Translations under genes and position numbers: made by a program
Origin: Stegostoma tigrinum
Taxonomy: Eukaryota
Direction: 5' to 3'
DNA: 64,000 nucleotides
NCBI RefSeq assembly: GCF_030684315.1
Contig: NC_081390.1
Location: 21,951,291-22,015,290 of the forward strand
In this document: positions 26,093 to 40,200 of the stretch, in pieces
How positions within the stretch are numbered: position 1 is the stretch's first letter
Layout of the letters: each line of letters begins with the position of its first letter
Notes under the pieces: generated by a model
What the model saw: the letters and a program-made list of their open reading frames with translations, nothing else
What the model was told of the DNA's origin: nothing
Databases searched by the model: none

Positions 26093-26389
26093 ATAGAATA
26101 GAATCCCTACAGTGTGGAACAGGCCCTTCGGCCCAACAAGTCACACCAACCCTTGGAGCAACCCACCCAGAACCATCCTCTTACAACCCACCTAAGCTAC
26201 ACGTCCCTGAACACTGTGGGACAATTTAGCATGGCTAGTCCACCTAGCCTGCATGTTTTGGGACTGTGGGAGGAAACCACGCAGAAACGGGGAGAACGGG
26301 CACACAGACAGAGTCGCCCAAGGGTGGAATCGAACCCCGGGCCCTGCTGTGAGGTAGCAGCAACCACCACTGAGCCACCGTGCCGTCCC
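26093..26389 (-). mobile_element. HE1-type V-SINE
   Basis: Reverse-complement head and (ATTCT)n tail. Confidence 0.85.
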
Positions 26390-27254
26390 ACTGTAATGTC
26401 ACTGCTGCTGGGCCATAGCCCTGGATTGCCCTTCCCATCGGTAGTAAAGGTGCCCTGTCAGCCCACGGTGGCAGCTGAGCAGCATCTTCTCCAGGGCAAT
26501 TAAAAGTGCCAGCCGGGTCAATGACACCAACGCCTTTCAGGACATCCCAATACACTGAATATTTTGACAGTGTTGTAGGAAACAGGGCAGCCAAAAGCTG
26601 GCCATTTAATCACATCTTGGGGTTTTGGTGTGCAAATTGGCAGCAGAAATGCTTCAAGATATTACCTTCACCCAACCAAGCCTTGGTGTCTAAAAGTGCT
26701 ACCAACTGAACCACAGATGACATTTGAGCTGCAGTAAAAAATAACTTTTGTTGTAATGACAAGACTGCGCATTTTGTGATGCACAATTCTAGTCTCAGAA
26801 CAGATATCATGAGCATTTCAACAGAAACAATTTTTTTTTAATAAAACCCCAGCGCTTCAGGGCACATTGCATTTCATCAGCCACTGTGGGCTACTGAGAA
26901 AACCAGTCATTTCACAGCAACTCTGGGGGAGAAGACAACTGGGATTTATAGGCAGCTGCCACTATACACAGCATCATACTAACGAGCTTTACAATGTGAT
27001 AATATTCAGTTCCTGGATCTCACTGTCTTCAAGGGCAAGTCCATATACTGGCACCATGTTACACAGAATCTAATATTCTGCTAACGTGGCATAATGCATG
27101 TTTGTGTGCCCAGCACTTTACCTGTGAGATAAGAGATGGGTTAAGGATAAATCTAACTGCTGCATGCTAAGAACTGATAGTACAACACTAAATTAATTTC
27201 TCACCCTGAGCTAATATGACAGGCAATTCACATTAAGCACTAGTCAGTTTAACG

Positions 27255-27361
27255 AGAACAGAAGTTGCTGGAAAAGTTCAACATGTCCGGCAGCATCTGG
27301 GAAGAGGAAAACTAAAATCAGAGTTAATGTTTCAGGTCTCAGTGACCCTTCCTCAGAACTG
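27255..27361 (-). mobile_element. Second-family Penelope-end fragment with hammerhead motif
   Basis: Minus strand reads agtt-CTGAGGA-a-GGGTC(actga)GACCT-GAAAC-ATT-aact. Confidence 0.7.
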
Positions 27362-27699
27362 GTCAATTTAATCCTAGCGTTCATTCTCAAAATAAAAAGG
27401 CTGAGACACTGCAACAGCAGGAGAAATTGGAAGTTGAGGTAAACAGAATAGGCAGACTGCCAAAACCCTTGAGAAAGCAGTCTAGTGTAACAGAAATCTC
27501 TTATGATCAGTGTGTGGAGAAGAAAGGCTCAGACAGGCACTAGCTTCTAACATGGAAATGGTACAGGAATTCCAAGGGACTCTGCATTCATACAAGATCC
27601 CTACTGCTTCTCTCAAATGAGGGGAAGAGCTTCACAAGCAATCCACTGCTTTGAAACATGTCAGTGAAACCCACCATCCTCAGTTTACACATAGCCACC

Positions 27700-28034
27700 A
27701 TGAGGTGGTAGGCAGGAAATGGAGGTGCGGCTTGAGGTGGGAGGAAGGGATAGGCGAGAGGAAGAACAGGTTAGGGAAGCGGAGACAGGCTGTCCTACCT
27801 TTCACCTCATCCCGCCTCCTTGACCTGTCCGTCTTCCCTGGACTGACCTATCCCCTCCCTACTTATCTTCTTTTCTCTCCATCTTTGGTCCGCCTCTCCC
27901 CCCCCCTCCCTATTTATTCCAGTTCGCTCTCCCCATCCCCCTCTCTGAAGAAGGGTCTAGGCCTGAAACGTCAGCTTTTGTGCTCCTGAGATGCTGCTTG
28001 GCATGCTGTGTTCATCCAGCTCCACACTTCGTTA
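27700..28034 (+). mobile_element. Penelope tail with 5' inverted segment and hammerhead motif (27945-27975)
   Basis: 27700-27792 is the reverse complement of tail sequence. 27793-28034 matches 21560-21815 and includes CTGAAGA...GAAACGTC. Confidence 0.85.
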
Positions 28035-28064
28035 ACTAGGAAATAGGAGTTTGGTTTCAGGTTC

Positions 28065-28515
28065 ATAGGATTGTAGAAGTCTACAGCACAGAAAAAAATC
28101 CTTTGCTCATTCAGTGCGCACTGGTCAAAAACAAGCACCTGACTATTCTAATCTCAGTTCCCAGCACTTGGCCAATAACCTTCTATGTCCTGGTATTGCA
28201 AGTATACATCTAAATACTTAGTCCACATTCTGAGGATTTCTGCCTCTACCACCCTTACAGGCAGTGAGTTGTGAATTACCATCATCCACTTGGTGAAAGA
28301 GAGAGAAATCCTCACACCCCTTCAAAACCTCCTGCCCGCTTTCCTTAAATCTACAGCACCACCCCCCCATCCCAGTCCTTGATCCCTTTGCCAAGCAGAA
28401 AGTTCTTTTCTGTCGATTCTATGCCGCTCATAATTTTACATATCTCAATCATGTCTCTCTTCAGTCTCCTCTGTTCCAAGGAAAACAACCCCAGTCTGTC
28501 CAATCTCTCTGTGAT
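28065..28515 (-). mobile_element. CR1 LINE 3' end
   Basis: CTGTTCCAAGGAAAACAACCCCAGTCTGTCCAATCTCTC is the reverse of RLDRLGLFSLE. Confidence 0.75.
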
Positions 28516-29299
28516 GACAATTGAGAGTCAATTTCATTCAACCATGGGCTGGATCTATAACTTGACCCCGCGCTGCTGTGCGCAGTCCACACTCTTCACC
28601 ACTTAGAAAGGCTTGTCAAATTGAGTATGGAACTTATTGATATGGATCAGTTTTGACACTAAATCACTGTCTATCTTCGCGATTGGTACAGATTTTGTTT
28701 CAAATAGCTGTGCCTGTGCCAATGTCCAAGGAATATTAGTTCTCATTACATTGAAGCGCTGTCAGTCAAATTAGCAGATTCAAACCTAACGTATGTATAT
28801 TCGTTGGCCTGTGGTCTATTTTAGGACAATACACTTCAAAGAATCACAGGAAGGAACAGGAAATAATGATTTCAGAATGCTCTGGGAGGAAGCCTTGGGA
28901 TCAAACATCAAGCACGTAATTGTCTTTCTCCCCCATCTTGGAATCCATTGACGGCATGGTTCTGCGGGAATCAGAGCACTGTCTTGGCTAATGGCTGAGA
29001 GACTCTGCGGCAAACACTGGAAGGGGAGCAGCAGCGACTGTTCATGAATGCAATTCCAAAAAAACACAACACAACAAACAGGGGAAGTCAAAGTCAAGGC
29101 TCATCATGAGCTTGTCCAACTTCTCACACCCCATGGGACTAACAGGAAGATTAGCTGAACAACACAATCAAGAATGGCAGTCCGCACCCAGCAGCATGGA
29201 GCATGCTAACCATTCAGACCACCACTGGGTGGCTATCTACACAGGAATAACGCCAAACCTTCCTGGTCCAGTCCACGTACAAAACCCATATCATGAATT

Positions 29300-29705
29300 G
29301 CACATTGACAAGGGTGATGTGGAGAGGTTGGCACCTCTTCTAGGAGAGCCTAGAACTGGACGGCATGATCTCAGAGTGTAGGGTCACTAATTTAGCACAG
29401 TGCCAAAGACGAACTTTGCCTGAGAGGGCTGCAAATCTGTGGAATTATTTACAGTAGAGGATTGTTGAGGCTGGGTCAATAAGTATGTTCAAGGGTAATG
29501 ATGACAACATCGAGGGCTGAAGGGCCTGGACTGTGCTGTAATGTTCTATGTAAGACAGGGACATTTTCGATCAGGAAGGGAATCACGGGTTAAGGGGGAA
29601 AGTCAGGAAAGTGGAGTTGAGGCTTATCAGGTCAACCTTGATCTCATTGAATAGCACAGCAGACACAATGGGCCAAATGGCCTGCTTATATTCCGACATC
29701 TTATG
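29300..29705 (+). mobile_element. CR1 LINE 3' end
   Basis: GEPRTGRHDLRV and tail ATGGGCCAAATGGCCTGCTT. Confidence 0.7.
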
Positions 29706-30514
29706 GTTTTAAGATTTGGCAAACCCACATAGGACCCCAAGTTGAATTACCAGCATGGTAAGCTTTGAAATCAAGGGCTGTTGTGTTGAATAGGTATGGT
29801 CCCTTCCTCTGGGCCCAAAAAGGATGATTAAAACATCTCAGCTTTGAAACTGAACCAAATAAATCTGATTTTTTTTTAAAAACAAGGACAGGCAGCAGGA
29901 AAATGACCTCAAGATGCACTGGATTGCTGTAAGGATGCAAGTGGCTCTCTGTAAACCTTGAAGGGAGGGTGTTCTAGGGCCACGTCACTTCAAGAAAAAC
30001 AGGCACGAGCGAGAAACATTGGCAGTGTCATCAATTCACAAAGAAACACTTACAAGTTACAAAAGGGAACAAATGATTTCCAACATTCACCTACAGTCTC
30101 TCCGTTAACCAAATACATATTGACAAACACTCAGGGCAACATGTAACCTGCTCTTGCCCTTTCCCAAACTGTGACTTTGTCTTCAGGTGTTACCACGGCC
30201 TGTAATTGTCAACTTTCCTAATTGCTGAAGATCTAGCCCAACTGGAGCCTACTTTTCTTGAAAAAGCGCACACAGAATAATCCAAAATGTGTGGGCAATG
30301 AGTTTTTTCCTTTTAAAGTAGTTAATTATAGATCTGAATTAGGCCATTACCATAAGAGGACTCAATCACAGATTAACAAGGCAATAGTTAAATCGTCAAT
30401 TCCATTTCTCCCACATCTTTTCCCTAAATGACAGGCCCACACTGACTGATTTATATCATTCCCAAATCCTCCACATTTGCGAGAGTCGAGTGTTGTTAAA
30501 TTTATTTCATTAGT

Positions 30515-31150
30515 CAGCGAGTCATACACCACAAACAGACCTTTTGATCCAAGTACTTCACGCCAAACAAACTCAAACTAAACTAGTCCCGCTTGCTTAG
30601 GCTTGGTCCAAATCCCTCCAAACATTTCTCTTTCATGTAATTATGCAAACAGCTTTTAAACATTGTAACTGTACCTGCATCCAACACTTCTTCAGGAAGT
30701 TCATTCTACGTGCGAACCGCCCTGTCTAAAAAAAGTTGCCCCCGTGTTTTTTTTAAAATCTTTCTTCTCTCACCTTAAAAATGTCATCTAATCTTGAAAC
30801 CCCTCCATCCTCAGCAAACGACACCTGGATTCACATTGTCTAAACTCTTCATGGTTTAGTAAACCTCAATAATAAGGTCACCCCACAACCTCCTATGTTC
30901 CAGTGACAAAAGTCCCAGCTTCTCCCTGAAATTCAAATCCACCATTCCTGGCAACATCCTGGTAAAATCTTTTTCTGAACCCTCTCTAGCTTAATAACAT
31001 TCTTCCTATAACAGGGCAACCAGAGCAGGACACAATGCTCTAGAAGAGGTCTCACCAATGTCCTGTACAACCGCAAGGTGACTTCCCAATTTCTGTACCT
31101 AAATGTCTGAACAATGAAGGCAAGAGTGCTAAACGCTTCCTTATCCCATT
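30515..31150 (-). mobile_element. CR1 LINE 3' fragment
   Basis: ORF 30933-31193 reads LRLYRTLVRPLLEHCVLLWLPCYRKNVIKLERVQK. Confidence 0.85.
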
Positions 31151-31799
31151 TTGAAGGATATTTTAAACTTCCTTCGTGCAAGCCATTTGCCAATTAACTG
31201 TCCTACTCTGTCTGCATCAACATCAGCTAACCTGGACAGTAAGTCCATTTGTACAAATCTATGAATCTTTCAAGGCTTATAAATTTTATCTTGTGTATAG
31301 ACAGCGTTGGTTTATGTTCTCTCTTACGGGCCTGAGCTCGCACAGAATACACAGCATGAAGTAAAAGCAGATGGGAAAGAAAGCGCTCGGGTCGGGAATT
31401 TATTATAGACGTAAATGAAGAAGATACAGACACCATGACTACAAAAGCAGCCACATTTCACTCAGCCCAAGAGACCATTTTAAACAAAAGTTATACAAAC
31501 CAAAAACAGGACAAGATAGCTGGCCCAAAAAAGACATACGGAAATGCAGCCAGACTGACATTCGATAGCTATGCACCGGAAATAGGTCCTCGAAACGTTG
31601 ATTGACCATTCATGCGCTGTTGGATGGTGCTGGCATTTATTGCCTATCCTGAGATGCCCCTGAGAATATAGTGGTGAGCAGATTTCCTGAACCGCTGTAG
31701 TCCATTTGGAAATGAATTTGGTAACTGAAGGATATTGAGCAGAATAATACTGGTTAAGAATATCCTGTTAGTCAGTGGCATGTAAGGTCAGAAGTCAGA

Positions 31800-31975
31800 C
31801 AGCACCATGCTATCGTCCAACATGTTTATTTGAAGTCAAAAGCTTTCGGAGCACTGCAGACATTAAAAAAAGGGCAGCGCTCTGAAAGCTTGTGTTTTCA
31901 AATAAGCCTGTTGGACGATAGCGTGCTGCTGTCTGGCGCCCACCCCATTCCCACACCAGCACCCCTACATCATGT
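31800..31975. mobile_element. Third-family Penelope-end-like hairpin
   Basis: Inverted arms CATGCTATCGTCCAACATGTTTATTTGAA / TTCAAATAAGCCTGTTGGACGATAGCGTG with GCAGCGCTCTGAAAGCT hammerhead-like halves. Confidence 0.65.
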
Positions 31976-32444
31976 AACATGACATACAGCACAGAAAGAC
32001 AGCATTCAGCATAATGGCTCACTGCCGTCCCCACTCATCTGGCCTCGTCAATAAGTTCTGTTCTTCCGCCCCCTTGGGTATCCATTCCCCTTCTCCACTA
32101 GACTGTGGTATTTCGCAAAGGCATCTCATCGGCACCTTCTGAAGGGGAATTAGAAATAGGTAATAATTGCTGGCCTGCCCAGCAAAGGCTACATCGTTGA
32201 ATGAATTTTTAAGAGGCTCACTATTGGCCACCATCCAATTAGGAAATTCCCTCATGAATTTTGTTGACACATCCATTCAAGGGCAGCCATCAACCAGGTA
32301 ATGGCTCAAAGTTAAAGCAACAATAATGACAATAAGGATTCCACAATTTGCAACATTATCTAGGATTCAACCAGCCGATTATTTTAAACACTGAAGCGAG
32401 CACCAGGGAGAAGTAGAGAGCTGATTATTTAGACGAATGTGTTT

Positions 32445-32733
32445 TCATTTGTTCACAGGACATGAGCATCAACATTAAACCATCACTAAATTGCTTAGAG
32501 GACAGTTAAGAGTCAACTCTATTGTTGTGGGTCACGAACCAAGTGTCGGTCTGACCAGGTAAAGACATTAAGGAACCAGACAAGTTTTTGTTGAAGACAA
32601 ATATTACGTGGTTCCCCTTAAATTAGCTTTTAATAGCATGCCATGGTGTGATTTGAACTCATGTCCCAAGGACATGAGCCAGAGGTTGTGGATTATTAAT
32701 TCAGTGACATTACCCTGGGACCACCACCTCCCC
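32445..32733 (-). mobile_element. Second tRNA-SINE family
   Basis: Same body and head as the other copies. Confidence 0.72.
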
Positions 32734-33094
32734 TTTGCCTGGTGTCATCACTGTCAGGCATCACAGTGAAATATATCTCCATGAAACTTCTGTGGGCAGC
32801 AGGAAAACAATTCACTTATATCTGAGACTCACAGAATGGTTAAATGTACAAGAGCAAACAAAACGTCACTAAAGTAACCCTCATGGTTAAAGCCGTCTAT
32901 AGATACCAGTCAGTACCCGGTTGCATAGACACTGCTGTGTTGCTGGAAATGCTGCCCTTCGGGGATATTTAATCAAGTCCCAGCTGCTGCTGTGACCTTT
33001 CTTTTGAAGGGAAGTCCTGATCAACATTCCCTTCTCCACTCCACACTAAATGGCAGAGCAGACTCTGCCCCAACAACAAAAACGATCTTATGAT

Positions 33095-34120
33095 GGTTAC
33101 TCTGGAGGGCTTAGATTAAGAAGGGAGGTCTCCCTTTTAACATAAGGAGAACACTTTTCAGTCTTTTTCCACAGCATAGGGAATCCAAACCTACAGGGCA
33201 CAGGTTTAAGCAAGAAGGCAGACGATTTAAAAAGGGACCTAAGGGCCATCTTTTTTAACACAGAAGGTGGTGAGTGTATGAACGAGCTGCTAGGCGGGTA
33301 CAATGACAACATTGAGGAAAGGCATCTGGATGGGTTTATAGAATAGGAAGGGTTTAGAGGGATATTGGCCAAATGCTGGCAAACGGGATTAGGTCAGTTT
33401 GGGATATCTGGTTGGCATGGACGAGTTGGACCCAAAGGGTCTGGTGCCATGCTGTACATCTCTACAACTAAGTGTCAAATTCTCCACCTCAGATTTTAAC
33501 AAAAGCTGGGTCTTGAAGTTTGCTTAAGGCAGAGTTGGACTGAATTTTGATAGAGAAGGCAGGCCAGGGTTGTAAGGCTGCAGACCATTAATTGGAACAG
33601 ACCACCACCAGATCAGTCACCTTCTTACTGAATGGTAGAGCAAGTCCAAGAGGATTAACAGTCTGCTGCTCCTCCTGTGTAGGGAGTAGCTGCGCCAACT
33701 GGATGGCAGAAGCTCAAGAAGACAGCTAACCCAAATGAGGGGAGCAGCTTACATGAACACATAAAATTACGAAAGGAATAGATAAGAAAGAAGCAGGGAG
33801 GCTGTTTCCACTGGCAGGTCATAGCCTCAAAATAAGGGGCAGCAGATTTAGGACTGAGTTAAGGAAGAACTTCTTCACCCAAAAGGGTTGTGAACCTGTG
33901 GAATTCCCTGCCCAGTGAAGCAGGTGAGGCTATCTCATTGAATGTTTTTAAGGCAAAGATAGCTAGGGATTTTTGAATAGTAAAAGGCATTAAGGGTTAT
34001 GGAGAGTGGCAAATAAGTGGAGCTGAGTTCATGAAAAGATCAGCAATGATCCTATGGAATGGCAGAGCAGGCTCGATGGGCCAGATGGCCTACTCTCACT
34101 CCTGTTTCTTATGTTCTTAT
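33095..34120 (+). mobile_element. Tandem CR1 LINE 3' ends (about 33095-33470 and 33750-34120)
   Basis: TTTAGGACTGAGTTAAGGAAGAACTTCTTCACCCA and CR1 tails. Confidence 0.75.
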
Positions 34121-35755
34121 TCTCAAAAGGTCATTAGGAGAGGGCAATAAAACACGTGTTCCTAATAACGCACACATCCCTTGAACGAAGAAAATAAACA
34201 ATGTCGTAGCATTCCATCTAATCGTGTGGCCCTCCTTAAAGTCCATTATCTTCAGCTTTTCACTCTTCAAAGCAAAGAAGATGTCTGTTCTTCAGGCCCT
34301 CTAGAATTCCTATTTTCTGTACTGTTCTTAAAATCATGGATTTGCTGCCAAAAAGCAGTATTTGAGAAGAGGGGCAATTTAAAAGGAGATGTCGAAAGGA
34401 CACAAACCACCAAGAAAATAGCAGGATTTATTGACAGTTTGTGACTAGAACAAACACCAGTTTGGACAAGTTGGGCCAGATGCTGTAAATATTAGGCAAT
34501 AAATCTGTATGCTCTATTCTGAACTTGACATAAACAACCCTGAGCTTGCTTCACTCTGTCCTGCTACAGTTAGCATGCAAATACTGTGGCTTATTTACTC
34601 TAAGTAGTTTGACACTCCTTTTTCAGAAATACAGGCACCTCTGTTTACTTGCTGATTCCTGTCCAACACTCATTGTTGTACCTTGAACTGTGCCTCTGTC
34701 CCTGTGCTGACAGCACCGAGGGCGCTGATCACACCTTTGCACTTCCGCAATCCAGGGAGGGTCCAAGAAATGTTGTTATTATAGAGACCAGTTTCACAAG
34801 ATCAACAGTGACTGCATTCCTACACTGGGAAGGACTTGGGGTAAAAGCTCATCAGTACCTTTAGCTTGAGCTATCACTGCCCCATTCAGGCAGTGAGTAC
34901 AGCTCAGGTTAAGAACGTGGCACCTGAAGCAAATCCTTCAGTGGCCATGCCGAATGGCCTGATTTAGATCAGGAGGGTTCATTGGCACTGAGCCTTGAAA
35001 AACAAAATGGAACATCCCCGTCTCACCAGCAGCATGGATGGGGAATTGGTATAAGGCTGCTGCCATCCTTCATTTGAACAAATAAAAACGGACCAGCGAC
35101 AACAACAACGTTGCATTTGTTTAAGGCCTCTAAAGGAGTACAGCATCACGAGGAACTTTATTAGTCAAGCAAAACTTGTACCCACGCCAACCGGTAGGAT
35201 TGGGATGGGGGGGGGGGGGGTTGGGGGGTGACATGACAGCTGGCCAAAACCTTGGTTAAAAAACGCACATTTTGAGCAGCAGCTGATTGAGGACGAGGCC
35301 AGGATGGAAGGAGGGGGCAAAACCCGAAAGGAGCAGAGGCTCTTTGGAATTAGGGAGGGGTGGTGGCAACTGGGCAGCAAAATTGACAGGATGGGGTGAT
35401 GGGGCGGGCGGTTGCCAACGGAGCGGCGCCATTGGAGGGGGGGGGGGGGGGCGGAGAATGCAATGTGTGAGGTATACATGGGGAGCTGACAACTGGTGAA
35501 AAAGGTCAGGGGAACAGTTGGGGAAAAAAAAGCAGTTCGCGTCATTTAGCGAGGAAGTGCTTCAAATTTGGCAGCAGTGATAGGAACTCCGGAGGTGTAA
35601 AGTAACTGAACTGGACAACACAGAAGGATTACAGAGGAGCCTGACCAGCTGAGTCTCCAGAGCAGCAGGCAGATCTCAATCAATTTAAAAATAATCCAAA
35701 TAATAAAGCCATAAATTAATATAATAAAATAATAATCAGCCTATAATTGTATCAG

Positions 35756-35905
35756 TGATAATGGGAACTGCAGATGCTGGAGAATGCAAGATAATAAAAT
35801 GTGAGGCTGGATGAACACAGCAGGTCCAGCAGCATCTCAGGAGCACAAAAGCTCCTGAGACGCTGCTGGGCCTGCTGTGTTCATCCAGCATTACATTTTA
35901 TTATC
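35756..35905 (-). mobile_element. Penelope-end hairpin insertion
   Basis: About 55-bp inverted arms around an ACAAAA loop. Direct repeat TAATAATCAGCCT at 35730-35742 and 35906-35918. Confidence 0.82.
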
Positions 35906-35934
35906 TAATAATCAGCCTGGTGTGTCTCACTTTT

Positions 35935-37505
35935 ATTTACTTGTTTACAGGATTCAGGTTTCACTGGCTAAGACACCATTTCTTGTCCATCCTTAACTGC
36001 CTTTGCAAAGGTGAAGGTGAGCTGCCATCTCAAAGCCCTGGCTGATTTGATGCACATAGACCCATTACGCCACTGGGGAGGAAATTCCAGGATTTTGACC
36101 CAGCGACAGTGAACGAACGGCTATATATGTCCAAGTCAGGACGGTGAGGGGCTTGGAGGGGAACTTGCAGGGGGTGGTGTTGCATTTATCTGCTGCTCTT
36201 GTCACTCAGCATGGCAGTGGTCATGGGTTTGGAAGGTATTGTCAAAAGGAGTCTTGGTAGGTAGTTGGTACACACGGCTGCTACTGAGCATCAGTGCTGG
36301 AGGGAGTGAATGTTTGTGAATGGGTTGTCAAATCGAGGGGCTGCATTTTCCTGGTACTCAAACGTTATTGGAGTTACATTCATCCAACCCACTTCTGATT
36401 GCACCTTATACATGATGGACAGGCTTTACGAAGTCAAGAGGAGAGTTACTCCTCGCAATGTTCCCAACTTCAGACCTGCTCTCGTAGCTGTAGTACTTAC
36501 ATGGAGAAGCCAGCTCAGACTTGAGTAATTTTGGGAATCCAGCAGACTCACTGGTAACACCTTTGAATGTCAAGGGATAACAGTTAGATAGAGATGGATA
36601 TTAATGCAACACAAGTGTCAGACAATGTTAATTGCCACACCTCCGCTCAAGCTTGGATATTGTACAGGTTTTGTTGCACTGGGGCATGAACAGCTTCAGC
36701 ATGAGTCGCCACAAATAATGCTGAACATTCAATGGCGAACATCCCCACTTCTGACCTTACGATGGAGGGGAAGTCATTGATGACGCATCTGAAGGTGGTT
36801 GGGCCTGGGACACTACCCTGAGGAACTTCTGAGACGTCCTAGAGCTGAGATGACTGACCTCAGAGAAACACATCCATCTTACGTTTCAGGCCAGACTCCA
36901 ACCAGTGGAGAGTTACCCACTGATTTCAAGTTTGCTCGGGCTCATTGATGCCACACTCTGTAAAATGCATCCTTGATGCCAAGTGCTGTCACTCTTGCTT
37001 CTCTTGTGGCATTCAGTTCTTTTGTCGATGCTTGAACAAAGGCTGTAATGAGACCCTGGAAGAACAAACTGGGCTTCAGTAAGCAGGTTATTGCTGAGGA
37101 GACATTTGATAGCACTGTTGACAACCCATTCCATCACTTTCCTGATGATTGAGTGTAGGTTGATGGGGTGTAATTGATCAGGTTGGGTTTTACCTGTTTT
37201 TTTTTTGTGTGCAAGATGTAGCTGGGCAATTTTCCATATCGTCAAAGTTGTCACTTTATGGGAAATGCGTGGCCAGGGGAGCGGAAAGTCCCAGAGCACC
37301 AGTCTTCACTACTGTTGTCAGAACATTGTCAGGGCCCATAGCCTTTGCAGTATCTAGTGCCTTCTGTCATTTCATAATATCACGTGGAACGAATCAAGTT
37401 GGCTGAAGACTTGCATCTGTGATGCAGGCGATGCATCGTCCACTCGACACTTCTGGCTGAAGATTGCTGCAAATGCTTTAGCCTGCTCTTCTGCATCTTC
37501 ATCTC
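35935..37505 (-). mobile_element. CR1/L2-group LINE ORF2 fragment with 3' end
   Basis: WKIAQLHLAHKK...PINLHSIIRKVMEWVVNSAIK...NNLLTEAQF and ARVTALGIKDAFYRVWHQ (RT domains). The tail is shared with the second SINE family. Confidence 0.85.
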
Positions 37506-40009
37506 CCTCCCTTCCTTCATATCCAAACTACAAACTGGTTTTGGGTTTGCTACATGCAATCGGAATCCAAGACTCAGCACACGGTGTATTTACAATTGCA
37601 AATGTGAATATTTTGGCTGAGACTGAGAGATGCACAAGTGACAAAAAGGTGTTCATCCAAACTAGCAGCAAACGCTTCTGCCAACAGGCTAAGTGAGAGC
37701 CTATTACCATTTAAAAAAACTTGGATTTTGACAGCCTGCACTTGTCCTGACATGAGAGAATGACAAAACAACAGACAAGATAGTACATGCTTCAGTCTAC
37801 TTTGGAGATGTAATCGCATCATTTGATTTTGTTCAGTCTTTCAAAGAAATGTTGAAGTCACACCACCCACCTAAGATTCTGTGACAAGTGATTTTAAATT
37901 GGAGTGCCATTTTTTTCCAAAACAGGTCATACAAATGATAAGATCATGCAATATCACTCAGCCAAGGCATTATTACACCGAGTGCAACGAGACCGGGTTA
38001 CAATTGGTGAACCCAGCCAAGCCCAAAGTGATTCTGACTTGACTATCAGAAAATGTGCACCCTGTGCCTCTGCCCACCCCGCTTCCACAAATCTCAGGAG
38101 ATGTGTATATTTCTCTGTGAACTGCACCTGCTCGTACTTTCCCCTAACTGTACGCTGCATTTTTCCATTTGGGAGGGGGAGGGGAAGAAAGGGGATGGTT
38201 TAAGAGTTGGGATTTGGGAGTCACATGCCCAGGAGGAAGAAATAGTTACATGGAGAGTTCAGATGGAGGGGTCCCTTAAAAACCACTTTTTTCCCCCCCC
38301 TTCTGGAGAAGATGGCCCAAAAGATAGACTGCTGCTGCAAACAAACAAGGTAAAGACAGATGTTAAAAACCCTGCAGTTTAAATACATCACAACACACTG
38401 AACCTCACACCCCATGGAGCCACACAGGCACAAACAGCTGAAGACCAGACCAGCCCCCACTCAATAACTCTTATACCATCTACATTTTCATATTGGGGTC
38501 ACACCGAGTTTGAGGTGTTAAAACGGACTTGCCAGAGGGAGATATTTCAGAAGGGCCTCATTGCAAAGTACAAAAAGAAACTGTTTCCTGTCACAGCAAG
38601 ATCACCCACCACAGGAAGCAGGCTGAAAGATGTTTGACAATATAACCGGAGGCAAGAGGAGGGAACATCTGTTTTAAAAATATATATATATTAACTCAGG
38701 TCTGGCTGCAGAGATAGAAGCGGAGTTAAGTCCAGTATGACTCTTTACCAGGAGAACTGTTCCAAAGAAGAGTCCTGAAACAGAAAGAGCTTTGTCTTTC
38801 TTGAGATATGCTGCCAATCTGATTTTGTTTCAGATCTCCAGCCCCTGAGTACATTATGGAGCTATTGTGGTCTGGAATGTACTGCCTGAAACCTGATTTA
38901 ATCAATGTTCCAATTGAACTGGATAAATACATGGGAAAACACTTACACAGCTCAAGAGAAAGAGCAGGGAGTACAGGATTAAGTTCAAGAGCTAACATAG
39001 ACATTGGACCAAATGGTCCCTTCCTGCCCTGCATCTCCTCATGATGCAAATTTGCCTCTGCAGCAAGACCTCCTCGGACCTTTCACCACTGTCAATCCTG
39101 GGAAAAATGATTAAATACTTGATATCTTGTGGTAACTAGTACTTTCTTAAATGGCACACCTTTGTGAAACTAATGTGCAGCACCATAAATGGCCCTTTGT
39201 GGCCACCCAACCGAGAAGAGGAAGTCGAGCTGTAAAAAGCAGAAACGTTTTGAAAGGGAATATTTCATGATTTTCCGAGTTAACTTGGCTTTAACCCAGT
39301 TCCCGTTCAACATAAGGAGCTACCTCACCACAAACTTTGCAAACCAACAAGACTTTTCACTTTCAAAAGTGCAAGTTACTCGCTGATGGAACTCTGGAAA
39401 GCTGAAACTAATTTGGGGACCAGAACAGGTCAGATGCTCAATGAACTGTACTCACTGCAGCTGTACTGTGGTGTCAAGATCAATATTCCTGAAGTCATAC
39501 CAGCAGGAGTAAGGTGCGAAAACACTACACCCTCAACAGATACATAACATAACACTAATTGTAGGCCAGAATGGAAACTCACTTCCAGCACAAGGCAAAC
39601 GCATTATCCTCCCTTCCGATAGCGAATTCATCCAGATAACAGAGGCAACGGCAAAATGTGAGCCCTTGGTCAGCATTTGTAACTTACGTAAGCATCACAG
39701 CCTCACATCCTTTCTCACCCTCAGACTTGCATTCCATGTCAGGTATACAATTGACTTACTATTTATGAAATACAAGCATATTGAGTGGAACATGTTGTAC
39801 TGGGACAAAACTGAACATTACTGCAAATTCTGTAAGATTGGAATTGAAATGTTTTTGTAAATAAATGGCTGTGTCATATTTTGGGAGGGAAATCACAGAC
39901 TAACAGTTCTACTTTGCCAACATTTTATACAAAAACACTGCATGACAAATGTGGTTGACAACGTGATAATTAGCAGATGATCCATCAGTGCAATATTGAC
40001 TGAGGAATA

Positions 40010-40200
40010 GATCAAGTCACTATAGTCTTCCAGACCATAGGGCTGTTCTCATTCGAGGGAGAGCCACAATTGGTAGTGGTTTCAACCTGAGGGCCAGGTT
40101 TAACCTCAGGTGAGGAAAAGTGGTTGAGGAAGAGCGTCCTTCATGGCAACTTCAGCTGGCAAAGTTTCACAAACTAACTGTCCAGCCAACTGAGCTAAAC
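40010..40200 (-). mobile_element. Third tRNA-derived SINE family
   Basis: Head TTAGCTCAGTTGGCTGGACAG on the minus strand. TTAACCTGAGGGTCACC-like body is shared with about 9385-9545 and 23980-24065. Confidence 0.62.
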
